In this document: positions 43,969 through 54,441 of the stretch, piece by piece
Layout: the number at the start of each line of letters is the position of its first letter
Numbering within the stretch: position 1 is the first letter of the stretch
From: Alphaproteobacteria bacterium
Lineage (GTDB): Bacteria > Pseudomonadota > Alphaproteobacteria > UBA828
DNA: 64,000 nt
Direction: 5' to 3'
Assembly (NCBI GenBank): GCA_965237415.1
Contig: CBDEFM010000002.1
Span: forward strand, 2,656,001-2,720,000
The notes under the pieces: generated by a model
What the model saw: only the letters and a program-made list of their open reading frames with translations
Told to the model about the DNA's origin: nothing
Databases searched by the model: none
Position numbers and translations under genes: made by a program

Positions 43969-44780
43969 GTGAGCCCGCGAAAGACCGCGCCGGCCAGGGC
44001 GCGAACGAACCCAAGATCGCCCTTCGCGGCGTGCGCAAGGCGTTCAACGGCACGGTCGTGCTCGACGGCCTCGACCTCGAGGTCGGGACCGGGGAATCGG
44101 TCGTTGTCATCGGCTGTTCGGGCGTCGGCAAGTCGGTCATGCTCAAGTGCCTGCTCGGCCTGCTGCGCCCCGATGCGGGCAGTGTGACGATCGACGGCGA
44201 GGAGCTCGCCGGCAACCGCACGGCGCGCGAGGCCGCCATGCGCAAGATCGGCATGCTGTTCCAGAACTCAGCGCTCTTCGACAGCCTGCCGGTGTGGGAG
44301 AACGTCGCGTTTGGGCTGATCCAGGCGCACGGTACGCCGCGCCGCGAAGCGCGGGAAATCGCCATCGAGACCCTCGCCCAGGTGGGTCTCGGTGAGGATT
44401 CGGCCGATCTCTATCCGGCCGCGCTTTCGGGCGGTATGCGCAAGCGCGTCGGCCTCGCCCGCGCGATTGCGACCCGGCCCGAGATCATCCTCTTCGATGA
44501 GCCGACGACCGGGCTCGATCCGATCATGGCCGATGTCATCAACGATCTTATCGTCGCGTGCACCCACGAGCTCGGCGCGACCGCGCTCACCATCACCCAC
44601 GACATGAGAAGCGCGCGCAAGATCGCCGACCGCTTCGCCATGATTCATGACGGCACGATCATCTGGCAGGGCCCAGCCGACGAGATCGACAGCAGCGGGA
44701 ATGCCTATGTTGAGCAGTTCATCAACGGCCGGGCGGAGGGGCCAATTCGGCTTCCGGTCGCCGATATCGCGCCGGGCTGA
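43965..44780 (+). CDS. mlaF: MlaF-family ABC ATPase
   Basis: GCSGVGKS, FQNSALFDS, LSGGMRKRV, DEPTTGLDP. Confidence 0.9.
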   Translation: MSEPAKDRAGQGANEPKIALRGVRKAFNGTVVLDGLDLEVGTGESVVVIGCSGVGKSVMLKCLLGLLRPDAGSVTIDGEELAGNRTAREAAMRKIGMLFQNSALFDSLPVWENVAFGLIQAHGTPRREAREIAIETLAQVGLGEDSADLYPAALSGGMRKRVGLARAIATRPEIILFDEPTTGLDPIMADVINDLIVACTHELGATALTITHDMRSARKIADRFAMIHDGTIIWQGPADEIDSSGNAYVEQFINGRAEGPIRLPVADIAPG

Positions 44781-44823
44781 GCGCCGCCGTCCGGTCGCGT
44801 CGCTGACAGGCTGACGGGGACCC

Positions 44824-46206
44824 GTGGCAAAGGCGGAGAAACGCCATGTGTGCAGCGCCTGCGGTGCCACGCGGACGCGCTGGGCCGGCCGCTGCGACGC
44901 CTGCGGGGCCTGGAACAGCATCTCCGAAGAGGTGCCGCGCGCCGCACCGCCGCGCGGTCTCGGGGGGGCCAAGGGCCGGGTTATCGATTTCCTGCCTCTC
45001 GACGGGCCGGGCGGCGTGCTCGCCAGGCGGCCCTGCGGTATCGGCGAGATCGACAGGGTCGTGGGCGGCGGCTTCGTGCCGGGATCGGTCGTCCTGCTCG
45101 CGGGCGATCCGGGCATCGGCAAATCGACGCTGCTGCTGCAGGCCGCCGCCGCTTTGGCCGGGCGCGGCGGGCGGATCGCCTACATATCGGGCGAGGAGAG
45201 CCTGGAGCAGATCCGTATGCGCGCCGCCCGGCTCGGTCTCGCCGGTGCGCCGGTAGGGCTCGCCGCGGCCATCGACGTCCGCGATATCGCGACGAGCGTG
45301 GAGGAGGGGACGCCGCCCGACATGGTGGTGATCGATTCCATCCAGACCATGTATCTCGACACCCTGGATTCGGCGCCGGGGACGGTCGCCCAGGTGCGGG
45401 GTTCAGCCCAGGAGCTGATCCGTCTCGCCAAGCGCACCGGCACGGTGCTCGTGCTCGTCGGCCACGTCACCAAGGAGGGGCAGATCGCGGGCCCCCGCGT
45501 GCTCGAGCACATGGTCGATTGCGTGCTCTACTTCGAGGGCGAGCGCGGCCATCAGTTCCGCATCGTGCGCGCCATCAAGAACCGCTTCGGGCCGACCGAC
45601 GAGATCGGCGTGTTCGAGATGACCGACCGCGGCCTCGTGGAAATACCCAATCCCTCCAGCCTGTTCGTCGATCCCGAACGGGGGCCGGTGCCGGGTGCTG
45701 CGGTCTTCGCCGGGGTCGAGGGCTCGCGGCCGGTCCTGGTCGAGATTCAGGCCCTGGTGGCACCGGGGCCGGGGGGCTCGCCGCGGCGCACCGTGGTGGG
45801 GTGGGATGCCGGGCGGCTCGCCATGGTGCTCGCGGTGCTGGAGGCCCGCGCAGGGCTCCGGCTCAGCGTCTGCGACGTCTACCTCAACGTCGCAGGCGGC
45901 TTCCGCATTACCGAGCCCGCTGCCGACCTCGCGGTCGCCGCCGCGCTCGCGTCATCGGCCGCGGATCGGGCGCTCGACCACGGCGCAGTCATCTTCGGCG
46001 AGGTCGGCCTCGCCGGCGAGGTCCGGCCCGTGAGCCAGGGCGAGGCCAGGCTCAAGGAGGCCGCGAAGCTCGGCTTTACCCATGCGCTTGCGCCGGTGCC
46101 GGACCGTGCCCAGGGAGGCGAGGCGGAGGGCCAGGGGATCGCGGTGCGGCGGCTCACCCATGTGCGCGACCTGGTGGCGCTCTTTCCCCCGCAGACGCGC
46201 CCATAG
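44824..46206 (+). CDS. radA: DNA repair protein RadA/Sms
   Basis: CxxC..CxxC zinc finger, GDPGIGKST, IDSIQT, KNRFG, Lon-like C-terminus. Confidence 0.97.
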   Translation: MAKAEKRHVCSACGATRTRWAGRCDACGAWNSISEEVPRAAPPRGLGGAKGRVIDFLPLDGPGGVLARRPCGIGEIDRVVGGGFVPGSVVLLAGDPGIGKSTLLLQAAAALAGRGGRIAYISGEESLEQIRMRAARLGLAGAPVGLAAAIDVRDIATSVEEGTPPDMVVIDSIQTMYLDTLDSAPGTVAQVRGSAQELIRLAKRTGTVLVLVGHVTKEGQIAGPRVLEHMVDCVLYFEGERGHQFRIVRAIKNRFGPTDEIGVFEMTDRGLVEIPNPSSLFVDPERGPVPGAAVFAGVEGSRPVLVEIQALVAPGPGGSPRRTVVGWDAGRLAMVLAVLEARAGLRLSVCDVYLNVAGGFRITEPAADLAVAAALASSAADRALDHGAVIFGEVGLAGEVRPVSQGEARLKEAAKLGFTHALAPVPDRAQGGEAEGQGIAVRRLTHVRDLVALFPPQTRP

Positions 46207-46224
46207 CCCGATGATCGCGAGCGA

Positions 46225-46887
46225 ATGGAAGACCTGCCGGTCAATCTGATCGACATCCTGGTGGCGCTGATCATCGTCATCTCGGCGCTGCTCGCCTTCG
46301 GGCGGGGAGCCGCGCGCGAGGTACTCGGCATCGGCGCCTGGGTCGGCTCGGGCGTCGCCACCTTCTTCGCCTTCCCACATGCCAGGCCCATCGCCCGCGA
46401 TCTCATCCCGTCCTCCATGCTGATCGCTGACGTGGTCGCGGGCGTCGCGGTCTTCGTCGTCGTGCTGGTGATTCTCACGATCATCAACCAGATGATCTCT
46501 GGCCGCATCCAGCGAAGCCGGGGCGGGGCGCTGGACCGCACGCTGGGTTTCATCTTCGGTATCCTGCGCGGCGCGGCGCTGGTCTGCATCGCCTACATGC
46601 TGTTCGGTTCGGTCGTGCAGCAGAGCGATTGGCCGCCCTGGGTCGACGAAGCCAGGACCTTGCCCTATATCAAGCAGGGCGTAGCGGCGTTGCGCGAAGT
46701 GGTTCCCGAAGAAGTCGCCGAGGAAGGAACCAAGCACATCGAAGAGACCTTCGAGGATGGCCGGGAGCGAAGCGTGAAGGAGCTCACCGAGCCGGTGCCG
46801 GCCGAGCGCCGCGAAGAGGCCGGCGAGACCGGCTACAGCGACCGCGAGCGAAACCAGCTCGACGGGCTGAGCGAGAGCGTCGAGTGA
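46225..46887 (+). CDS. cvpA: CvpA (colicin V production) family protein
   Basis: RG..RE, DRTLGFIFGILRG; between radA and purF. Confidence 0.9.
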   Translation: MEDLPVNLIDILVALIIVISALLAFGRGAAREVLGIGAWVGSGVATFFAFPHARPIARDLIPSSMLIADVVAGVAVFVVVLVILTIINQMISGRIQRSRGGALDRTLGFIFGILRGAALVCIAYMLFGSVVQQSDWPPWVDEARTLPYIKQGVAALREVVPEEVAEEGTKHIEETFEDGRERSVKELTEPVPAERREEAGETGYSDRERNQLDGLSESVE

Positions 46888-48377
46888 TGGCGGTATCCGG
46901 GGCAGACGTGGCGGCCAACATCGGTGCCGGGGGCATCGCGCCCGACGACGACAAGCTGCGGGAGGAGTGCGGGGTCTTCGGCATCTTCGGGCACCCCGAC
47001 GCTGCCGCCCACGCGGCACTAGGCCTGCATGCGCTGCAGCACCGGGGGCAGGAATCGGCCGGCATCGTCAGCACCGACGGCACGCTCTTCCATTCGCACA
47101 GGGCGCTCGGTCGGGTCGGCGATATTTTCTCCTCGAGCGAGGTGATCGACGCGCTCACGGGGCCATCGGCCATCGGCCACAACCGCTATTCCACGCAGGG
47201 CGCGCCCGAAGTGCGCAACATCCAGCCGCTCTTCGCCGACCTCGCCCTCGGCGGGCTCAGCATCGCGCACAACGGCAACCTCACCAACGCGCTCTCGCTT
47301 CGCGCCGCTCTCGTCTCGCGCGGCTGCATCTTCCATTCCACATCCGATACCGAGGTCATGGTCCACCTGATCGCCATCAGCCGGCGCGCACGCCTGGTGG
47401 AGCGCATGATCGAGGCGCTGGGCCGGGTGCGCGGCGCTTATTCGCTGGTGGCGCTGACGAAAGATTCGCTCATCGGCGTGCGCGACCCCCACGGCGTGCG
47501 CCCGCTGGTGCTGGGCCAGCTCGACGGGGCGATGATCCTGGCGTCGGAGACGGTGGCGTTCGACATCATCGGCGCCCGCTTCGTGCGCGATATCGAGCCG
47601 GGCGAGATGGTCATCGTCACCGACAGAGGGGTTGAGAGCATCAAGCCGTTCAGCCCCGTCGCGAAGCGCTTCTGCATTTTCGAATACATCTACTTCGCGA
47701 GGCCGGACAGCGTGTCCGAGGGGATCGGCGTCTACGAAGCGCGGCGCCGCATCGGAGCCGAGCTTGCCCGCGAGGCGCCGGCTCCGGCTGACGTGGTGGT
47801 GCCGGTGCCGGATTCCGGCGTGCCAGCCGCAATCGGCTTCGCCGCCGAGGCGGGTCTTCCCTTCGAGCTAGGCATCATCCGCAACCACTATGTCGGGCGC
47901 ACCTTCATCGAGCCGACCGACCGGATCAGGCATCTCGGCGTCAAGCTCAAGCACAACGCCAACCGCCGCCTCATCGAAGGCAGGCGGATCGTGCTCGTCG
48001 ACGACAGCATCGTGCGCGGCACCACGTCGACCAAGATCGTGGAGATGGTGCGCTCGGCAGGCGCCAAGACGGTCCACATGCGGATCGCGAGTCCGCCAAC
48101 GGCCCATTCCTGCTTCTACGGTGTCGATACGCCGGCCCGCGAGGCGCTCCTCGCCGCGCGTCACGACGTGGACGCCATGGCGCGCTCCATCGGTGTCGAC
48201 AGCCTCAAGTTCCTCACCATCGACGGCCTCTACCGGGCCATGGGCGAGCCAGGCCGCGATCCGGAGCGCCCACGCTACTGCGACGCCTGTTTCTCCGGCG
48301 ACTACCCGATCCCACTATCGGATCAACAGTTTGGCGAGCCGCCGGCGCAGCTCTCCCTGCTGACGGAATCGGGATAG
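46887..48377 (+). CDS. purF: Amidophosphoribosyltransferase
   Basis: EECGVFG, LQHRGQE, HNRYST, HNGN, VDDSIVRGTT; ATG at 46887. Confidence 0.97.
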   Translation: MAVSGADVAANIGAGGIAPDDDKLREECGVFGIFGHPDAAAHAALGLHALQHRGQESAGIVSTDGTLFHSHRALGRVGDIFSSSEVIDALTGPSAIGHNRYSTQGAPEVRNIQPLFADLALGGLSIAHNGNLTNALSLRAALVSRGCIFHSTSDTEVMVHLIAISRRARLVERMIEALGRVRGAYSLVALTKDSLIGVRDPHGVRPLVLGQLDGAMILASETVAFDIIGARFVRDIEPGEMVIVTDRGVESIKPFSPVAKRFCIFEYIYFARPDSVSEGIGVYEARRRIGAELAREAPAPADVVVPVPDSGVPAAIGFAAEAGLPFELGIIRNHYVGRTFIEPTDRIRHLGVKLKHNANRRLIEGRRIVLVDDSIVRGTTSTKIVEMVRSAGAKTVHMRIASPPTAHSCFYGVDTPAREALLAARHDVDAMARSIGVDSLKFLTIDGLYRAMGEPGRDPERPRYCDACFSGDYPIPLSDQQFGEPPAQLSLLTESG

Positions 48378-48385
48378 GCGGCGCC

Positions 48386-49099
48386 GTGGCGCCGCCGCGT
48401 CTTGAAGGCCGGATTGCGCTCGTGACCGGCGCCTCGCGCGGCATCGGCGCGGCCGTCGCCCGCCGCTTCGCCGCCGAGGGCGCGAGGCTCATGCTCGTCG
48501 CCCGCACCACCGGCGGCCTGGAGGAGGTCGATGACGCCGTGCAGTGCGCATCGGGCGAGCCCGCGACGCTGGTGCCGATGGACCTTCGCGACGGCGAGCA
48601 GATCGACCGGCTGGGCGGCGCGCTCGCCGAGCGTTTCGGCCGCCTCGACATCCTCGTCGCCAACGCAGGCATGTTGGGCCAGCTGAGCCCGGTCGGGCAC
48701 TACGCCCCCGACGATTGGGAAGAGACGCTCGCGCTCAACCTCGGCGCCAACTGGCGCCTGATCCGGAGCCTCGATCCCCTGCTGCGGGCCTCGCCGGCGG
48801 GCCGGGCAATCTTCGTGACCGCTGCCGCGGCGGAGGCCGCGCCCGCCTTCTGGGGCCCCTACGCGGCGAGCAAGGCGGGGCTGGAGGCGCTGGTCCGCTG
48901 CTATGCGGCCGAAGTCCGCCGCAGCACGCTCCGGGTCAACCTGCTCGACCCCGGCCCGGTGGCGACGGAGCTCCGTCGGCGGGCCTATCCCGGCGAGGAT
49001 CCGAGCAAGCTGCCCGCACCGGACGCGGTGACCGACCCCTTCGTCGCACTCGCCGAAGCGTCGTGCACCGAGCATGGCGCGCGCATCGGCCCCGCCTGA
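48386..49099 (+). CDS. SDR oxidoreductase (YciK-like)
   Basis: TGASRGIG, NAG, YAASK; conserved position after purF. Confidence 0.88.
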   Translation: MAPPRLEGRIALVTGASRGIGAAVARRFAAEGARLMLVARTTGGLEEVDDAVQCASGEPATLVPMDLRDGEQIDRLGGALAERFGRLDILVANAGMLGQLSPVGHYAPDDWEETLALNLGANWRLIRSLDPLLRASPAGRAIFVTAAAAEAAPAFWGPYAASKAGLEALVRCYAAEVRRSTLRVNLLDPGPVATELRRRAYPGEDPSKLPAPDAVTDPFVALAEASCTEHGARIGPA

Positions 49100-49140
49100 A
49101 CTCACCCCGTCCGCAACTGAGACCAACGGAGCATCGAGCC

Positions 49141-50067
49141 ATGAAGATCGGAATCGTCGGCGCCGGCGCTATGGGCTGCGTCTATGCGGCGCTCATGGCC
49201 GATGCCGGCAACGAGGTCTGGGCCATCGACACCTGGCAGGCGCATGTCGACGCGATTTCCGCCAATGGGCTCCGGCTCGAGGGCGCGAGCGGCGATCGCA
49301 CGGTGGCGCTGGGCGCCACCACCGACTCCGCCGCGGTCGGCCCCTGCGACCTCGTCATCATCGCGACCAAAGCAGCGCAGGTGGAGGCGGCGGCGACCGG
49401 TGCCCGTGCCCTGCTCGGGCCTGAGGCGGCGGTGCTGACAATCCAGAACGGCCTCGGCAGTGCCGCGAAGGTCGCCGGCGTCCTGGGGCAGGAGCGCGTG
49501 ATCATCGGCGTGGTCGGGGGCTTCGGCGCCTCGATCAAGGCGCCGGGCCACGCCCACCACAACGGCATGGAGCTGGTGCGGCTCGGCGAGGCGAGCGGCG
49601 CGGTGACGCCCCGGCTCGAGCGTATCGCCGCGCTCTGGCAGGACGCGGGCTTCACGGTCAAGTGCTTCGACGATATCGACCAGCTCGTCTGGGAGAAGCT
49701 TATCTGCAACGTCTGCTACAGCGGCACGGCGACGCTCACGGGGCTCACCGTGGGCGAGATCATGGCGGATACGGACGCCTGGCCCATCGCCTGCGGCTGC
49801 GCCGCCGAGGCCTATCGGGTCGCTCGCGCCAAGGGCATCCGGCTCGATTTCGACGACCCCGTGGCTTACGTGCGGGACTTCGGCGCCAAGATCCCCGGCG
49901 CACGCCCCTCGATGCTGCTGGACCACCTCGCTGGCCGCCGCTCGGAGATCGACGCGATCAACGGCGCGATCCCGCCTGAAGCGCTGGCACTCGGCCTGGA
50001 GGCGCCCTACAACAGCCTTGTTTCGGCGCTGGTCCGAGCCAAGGAGACAGGCTTCGACAGGCCATAG
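49141..50067 (+). CDS. Ketopantoate reductase family protein
   Basis: GAGAMG, QNGLG, WEKL..N, SMLLD, EIDAING; ATG at 49141. Confidence 0.88.
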   Translation: MKIGIVGAGAMGCVYAALMADAGNEVWAIDTWQAHVDAISANGLRLEGASGDRTVALGATTDSAAVGPCDLVIIATKAAQVEAAATGARALLGPEAAVLTIQNGLGSAAKVAGVLGQERVIIGVVGGFGASIKAPGHAHHNGMELVRLGEASGAVTPRLERIAALWQDAGFTVKCFDDIDQLVWEKLICNVCYSGTATLTGLTVGEIMADTDAWPIACGCAAEAYRVARAKGIRLDFDDPVAYVRDFGAKIPGARPSMLLDHLAGRRSEIDAINGAIPPEALALGLEAPYNSLVSALVRAKETGFDRP

Positions 50068-50081
50068 CAACAGGAGCGATC

Positions 50082-50768
50082 ATGACCGCCGCTGACCTCA
50101 GGGAGTTGGTCGAGGGCTACCGGCGCCTCTCCACCGCGAACGTCTCGGACGGTCTCGACCGGGCCGGGATCGCGGGCGCGCCGCACGGCATCGGCCCGCT
50201 CTGGGACAGTTGCCACAAGATCGTCGGCCCCGCCGCGACGCTGAAGCTCGTGCCGGTGGGCGAAGCCGACGAATCGCCTGTACTCGGCACGCTGGAGGCG
50301 GTCAAGCGGGGCAATCCCGGCGACGTTCTGGTGATCGACCAGGGCGGCCGGATGGACGTGAACAGCTATGGCGGCGTGGCCGGCTTCACGACCCGGCATT
50401 TCGGCCTCGTCGGCACCGTGATCGACGGCGTAACCCGCGACATCGACGAGTACAAGGCGCTGAACCTGCCGGTCTATGGCCGGGGCTTCATCCAGCAGTC
50501 GATTCGCAACCGTTGCGCCTGCGCCGGCTACGGCATCCCCGTGAGGCTCGGCGGCGTGCCGGTGGACCCCGGCGACATCATCGTTGCTGACGAGAACGGG
50601 GTCTGCGTCGTGCCCCGCGCCAGCGCTACCGAGGTGTTGGAGCACGCGACGCTCTTCAAGAACATCGAGGAAGGCATCATCGAGGCGGTGCGCCAGGGCG
50701 TGGACCCGGTCGAGGCCCATGACCGGGTGCGCTACGACATGATGACGAAGGCGGGCGCCGGCACATGA
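50082..50768 (+). CDS. RraA/HMG-aldolase family protein
   Basis: STANVSD, PGDVLVID, IDGVTRD, PGDIIVADENG. Confidence 0.88.
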   Translation: MTAADLRELVEGYRRLSTANVSDGLDRAGIAGAPHGIGPLWDSCHKIVGPAATLKLVPVGEADESPVLGTLEAVKRGNPGDVLVIDQGGRMDVNSYGGVAGFTTRHFGLVGTVIDGVTRDIDEYKALNLPVYGRGFIQQSIRNRCACAGYGIPVRLGGVPVDPGDIIVADENGVCVVPRASATEVLEHATLFKNIEEGIIEAVRQGVDPVEAHDRVRYDMMTKAGAGT

Positions 50769-51868
50769 AGGTCGACGGCCGGCCCTATCGCAGCATCTGG
50801 CTGGACCAGGACGGGCGCACGATCGTCGTGATCGACCAGACGCGGCTCCCCCACAGCTTCGGGACACGCCGGCTGAATACGGTCGAGGATGCGGCAGACG
50901 CCATCAGGACGATGGTGGTGCGCGGCGCACCGCTGATCGGTGCGACGGCGGCATACGGTCTGGCCCTTGCGCTTGCCGACGACCCCGGCGATGCGAACTT
51001 GGAGAGCGCCATCACGCTCCTGGCCGGGACCCGGCCGACGGCAGTCAACCTGCACTGGGCGCTCGAGGATCTCGGCCGGAGGCTCCGCCCCTTGAATGCC
51101 GAAGACCGCGCTGCCACCGCCTACCGGCGGGCAAGCGACATCTGCGGCGAGGACGTCGCCATCAACCGGGCGATCGGGGAGAACGGGCTCGCCCTGGTGG
51201 AGCAAGCGGCAAGGGGCAAGAACGGCCCGGTCAACGTGCTGACCCACTGCAATGCCGGCTGGCTCGCCACGGTCGACTGGGGCACGGCGCTGGCACCGCT
51301 CTACATGGCCCACGACAAGGGCATTCCGGTTCATGTCTGGGTCGACGAGACCAGGCCGCGCAACCAGGGCGCCGCGCTCACTGCCTGGGAGTTGGCCCGC
51401 CACGGCGTGCCGCACACGGTGATCGTGGACAATGCCGGCGGCCACCTGATGCAGCGCGGCATGGTCGATCTCTGCATCACCGGCACCGACCGCACGACTG
51501 CCCGCGGCGATGTGTGCAACAAGATCGGCACCTATCTGAAGGCGTTGGCCGCCAGCGACAACGACGTCCCATTCTACGTCGCACTGCCCCATCCGACCAT
51601 CGACTGGTCCTTGGCAGACGGTGCCGACATCCCGATCGAGCAGCGGGACGAGGACGAGGTGCTGACGATCACTGGCCGCGACGAGGCGGGTCAGGAGACG
51701 AAAGTGGCGCTCACGCCCGCAGGCAGCCGCGCCGCCAACTACGCCTTCGACGTGACGCCGGCGCGGCTCGTGACCGCGCTCATCACCGATCGCGGCGTCT
51801 GCGATGCCTCCGAAGAGGGGCTGCAGAGCCTGTTTCCGGACCGCGCCGCCGAGGCGCCCTCGTCATAG
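50765..51868 (+). CDS. mtnA: S-methyl-5-thioribose-1-phosphate isomerase
   Basis: IDQTRLP, VRGAPLIG, RPTAVNL, THCNAG, DETRPRNQG, NKIGTY, FDVTP. Confidence 0.95.
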   Translation: MKVDGRPYRSIWLDQDGRTIVVIDQTRLPHSFGTRRLNTVEDAADAIRTMVVRGAPLIGATAAYGLALALADDPGDANLESAITLLAGTRPTAVNLHWALEDLGRRLRPLNAEDRAATAYRRASDICGEDVAINRAIGENGLALVEQAARGKNGPVNVLTHCNAGWLATVDWGTALAPLYMAHDKGIPVHVWVDETRPRNQGAALTAWELARHGVPHTVIVDNAGGHLMQRGMVDLCITGTDRTTARGDVCNKIGTYLKALAASDNDVPFYVALPHPTIDWSLADGADIPIEQRDEDEVLTITGRDEAGQETKVALTPAGSRAANYAFDVTPARLVTALITDRGVCDASEEGLQSLFPDRAAEAPSS

Positions 51869-52801
51869 CGCCATAGGCTGCGCCGGCGGGAGGTCGCCAA
51901 GTCGCGCCTCGATTTCTGCTGCCGACGGCATCGCCGGAGCGGCGCCCTCGACAAGGCAGGCGAGGCCGCCTACGACGCTCGCCCGGTGGAGCATCGCCGG
52001 CAGCGGCGCCGCTGCCGCAAGCCCGAGGGCGAGGCCCGCGACGAAGGCATCGCCCGCGCCCACCGTGTCCACAGGCTCGATCGCCAGCGCGCCGCAGCGC
52101 CAGGCCGCATCGGGGGCGAAGGCTGCGGCGCCGGCGCTTCCGAGGCTCACCACCGTCGTCACGCCAAAACGCGCGGCGATGGCGCGGCCGGCCTCCTCGC
52201 CCGATGCCGCGTCAAGTCCCTGTGCGCCGGCAAGCATCCCTGCCTCGATCTCGTTCAGCACCAGGAGGTCGAAGGACGGCAGCAGCGCCGTCGGCGCGGG
52301 CTTGGCCGGGGCCAGATTGAGCACGACCCGCGCCCCCCGCGCCTTGGCCCGCCGGGCGACCGCCCAGTTCGACTCAAGCGGAACCTCCATCTGCAAAACG
52401 AGCACCGTCTCCGGCCCGAGCCACTCCTCGGGCAGCGCCTCTGGCGGCAGGTCCGTATTGGCGCCACTCGCCACGGCAATCTGGTTCTCGCCCGCGCGGT
52501 CCACGATCACCGCGGCGCAGCCGGTGGGCAGCGCGCTCTCCGTGATCGCCTCGGTCCCGACGCCCGCGTCTTTCAGGGCCTGGAGCGCGAGCGGGGCGAA
52601 GCCGTCGGGGCCGACGCGGCCGACCATCTGCACCGAGTCCGCCGGGTCTGTGTTGGCCCGCGCGGCGGCGACCGCCTGATTAAGGCCCTTGCCGCCGGCC
52701 ACGGCACGATGGCCGGGGCACAGCACCGTCTCGCCCGCGCGCGGCAGGGCATCGACGTTGAACAGGAGATCAGCGTTCATTGAGCCGAAGACGACGATCA
52801 T
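51863..52801 (-). CDS. rbsK: Ribokinase (PfkB family)
   Basis: GS.NAD, GGKG.NQA, GENQIAV, NEIE, DTVGAGDAF. Confidence 0.85.
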   Translation of the reverse strand: MIVVFGSMNADLLFNVDALPRAGETVLCPGHRAVAGGKGLNQAVAAARANTDPADSVQMVGRVGPDGFAPLALQALKDAGVGTEAITESALPTGCAAVIVDRAGENQIAVASGANTDLPPEALPEEWLGPETVLVLQMEVPLESNWAVARRAKARGARVVLNLAPAKPAPTALLPSFDLLVLNEIEAGMLAGAQGLDAASGEEAGRAIAARFGVTTVVSLGSAGAAAFAPDAAWRCGALAIEPVDTVGAGDAFVAGLALGLAAAAPLPAMLHRASVVGGLACLVEGAAPAMPSAAEIEARLGDLPPAQPMAL

Positions 52802-52813
52802 CGGAAGGCCCGC

Positions 52814-54409
52814 CTAGTGACGGAAGTGACGGAGGCCGGTGAAGACCATGGCGAGGCCCTGCTCGTCGGCCGCGGCGATGACCTCGGCGTCGCGCTTCGA
52901 CCCGCCCGGCTGAATCACGGCCGTGGCCCCGGCCGCGGCGGCGGCCAAGAGCCCGTCCGCAAACGGAAAAAACGCGTCCGACGCCACCACGCAGCCCTCC
53001 GCGCGCGAGCGTTCCTCGCCAGCGGCCGCCGACGCGTCGGCGGCCTTCTGCGCTGCGATCCGTGAGGAATCGACACGGCTCATCTGGCCTGCGCCGATGC
53101 CGACCGTGGCGCCGTCCTTTGCATAGACAATAGCGTTCGACTTCACGTGCTTGGCGACGGTAAAGGCGAACAGAAGGTCCGCGCGCTCCTGCTCCGTCGG
53201 CGTGCGCCTGGTCACGGTCTTGAGTGCATCCGGCGTCACCCGCGCAGTGTCCTGAGTCTGCACGAGAAAACCGTCGTCGAGAGTGCGCACCATGAGCCGT
53301 TCGCTGCTCGCATCGGCACTCGCGCCGGTCAGGAGAAGGCGCAGGTCGCCCTTTACGGCGAGGATGGCGCGCGCCTCCTCGTCGGCCTCGGGCGCCACCA
53401 CGACCTCGGTGAAGAGGCCGGCGATCGAGCGCGCGGTTGCGCCGTCGAGCAGCCGATTGGCGGCGACCACGCCGCCGAAGGCGCTCACCGGATCGCAGGC
53501 CCGCGCCTTCTCGTAAGCGGCTGCGAGGGTACCGCCGAGGCCGACGCCGCAGGGGTTGCCGTGTTTGATGATGGCGATTGCGGGCGGATCGAACTCGCGC
53601 ACCAGACCATAGGCCGCGTCGGCATCGGCCAGATTGTTGTAGCTCGGCTCCTTGCCCTGGATCAGCGCGGCCTGGGCCACGCCGGGCGGGGCCGTGGGAT
53701 CGACATAGAGAGCGGCGATCTGATGGGGATTCTCACCGTAGCGCAGCACCTGGCGGCGGGAGCCGCCGAACGCGAAGCGGTCGGGAAGGCGGTTATCGCC
53801 CGCTTCGGTCTCGGCTGCGAGACGGCGGGCGATGGCGGCGTCGTAGGCGGCCGTGCGTGCGAAGGCCGTCGCCGCCAGGCGTCGGCGCAGGGCGAGGCTG
53901 GTGACGCCGCCCAGTGCCTCCATTTCGTCCACCACGGCTTGGTAGTCCGAAGGCTGCACCACCACCGTCACGTCCTCATGGTTCTTGGCCGCCGCCCGGA
54001 TCATGGCGGGGCCCCCGATATCGATGGTCTCGATGCACGTGTCGAGCGCGGCGCCCTCCCGCACCGCCTCCTCGAAGGGGTAGAGGTTGACCGCCACAAG
54101 ATCGATGCCAGCGATCCCGTGCGCCTCCAGCGCCGCGCGATGGTCGGCGTCTCCCCTCCGGGCGAGAATCCCGCCGTGGATCGCCGGGTGCAGGGTCTTC
54201 ACCCGCCCGCCCATGATCTCGGGAAAGCCGGTGTGGTCGGAGACATCGGTGACCGCGATCCCGGCATCGCGCAGGACCCGCGCAGTGCCGCCGGTTGAGA
54301 GAATGGCGACGCCCAGGCGCGCCAGCGCGGACGCAAACGCCTCGAGCCTCGTCTTGTCGGAGACCGAGACGAGTGCGCGTGCAATGGGCCGGCCTTGCGT
54401 GTCGGGCAT
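52814..54409 (-). CDS. purH: Bifunctional AICAR transformylase/IMP cyclohydrolase
   Basis: [39 protein letters not shown]. Confidence 0.98.
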   Translation of the reverse strand: MPDTQGRPIARALVSVSDKTRLEAFASALARLGVAILSTGGTARVLRDAGIAVTDVSDHTGFPEIMGGRVKTLHPAIHGGILARRGDADHRAALEAHGIAGIDLVAVNLYPFEEAVREGAALDTCIETIDIGGPAMIRAAAKNHEDVTVVVQPSDYQAVVDEMEALGGVTSLALRRRLAATAFARTAAYDAAIARRLAAETEAGDNRLPDRFAFGGSRRQVLRYGENPHQIAALYVDPTAPPGVAQAALIQGKEPSYNNLADADAAYGLVREFDPPAIAIIKHGNPCGVGLGGTLAAAYEKARACDPVSAFGGVVAANRLLDGATARSIAGLFTEVVVAPEADEEARAILAVKGDLRLLLTGASADASSERLMVRTLDDGFLVQTQDTARVTPDALKTVTRRTPTEQERADLLFAFTVAKHVKSNAIVYAKDGATVGIGAGQMSRVDSSRIAAQKAADASAAAGEERSRAEGCVVASDAFFPFADGLLAAAAAGATAVIQPGGSKRDAEVIAAADEQGLAMVFTGLRHFRH

Positions 54410-54441
54410 TGGGATGCTCCCTGATGCGGCGTCGGAACCGG

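Noticed and set aside
46629-46886. N-terminal extension of purF in the ORF track (likewise 3603, 48544, 27323, 31029, 35127 starts)
   Set aside because: These extensions overlap upstream genes; downstream starts match family N-termini and stop/start coupling.
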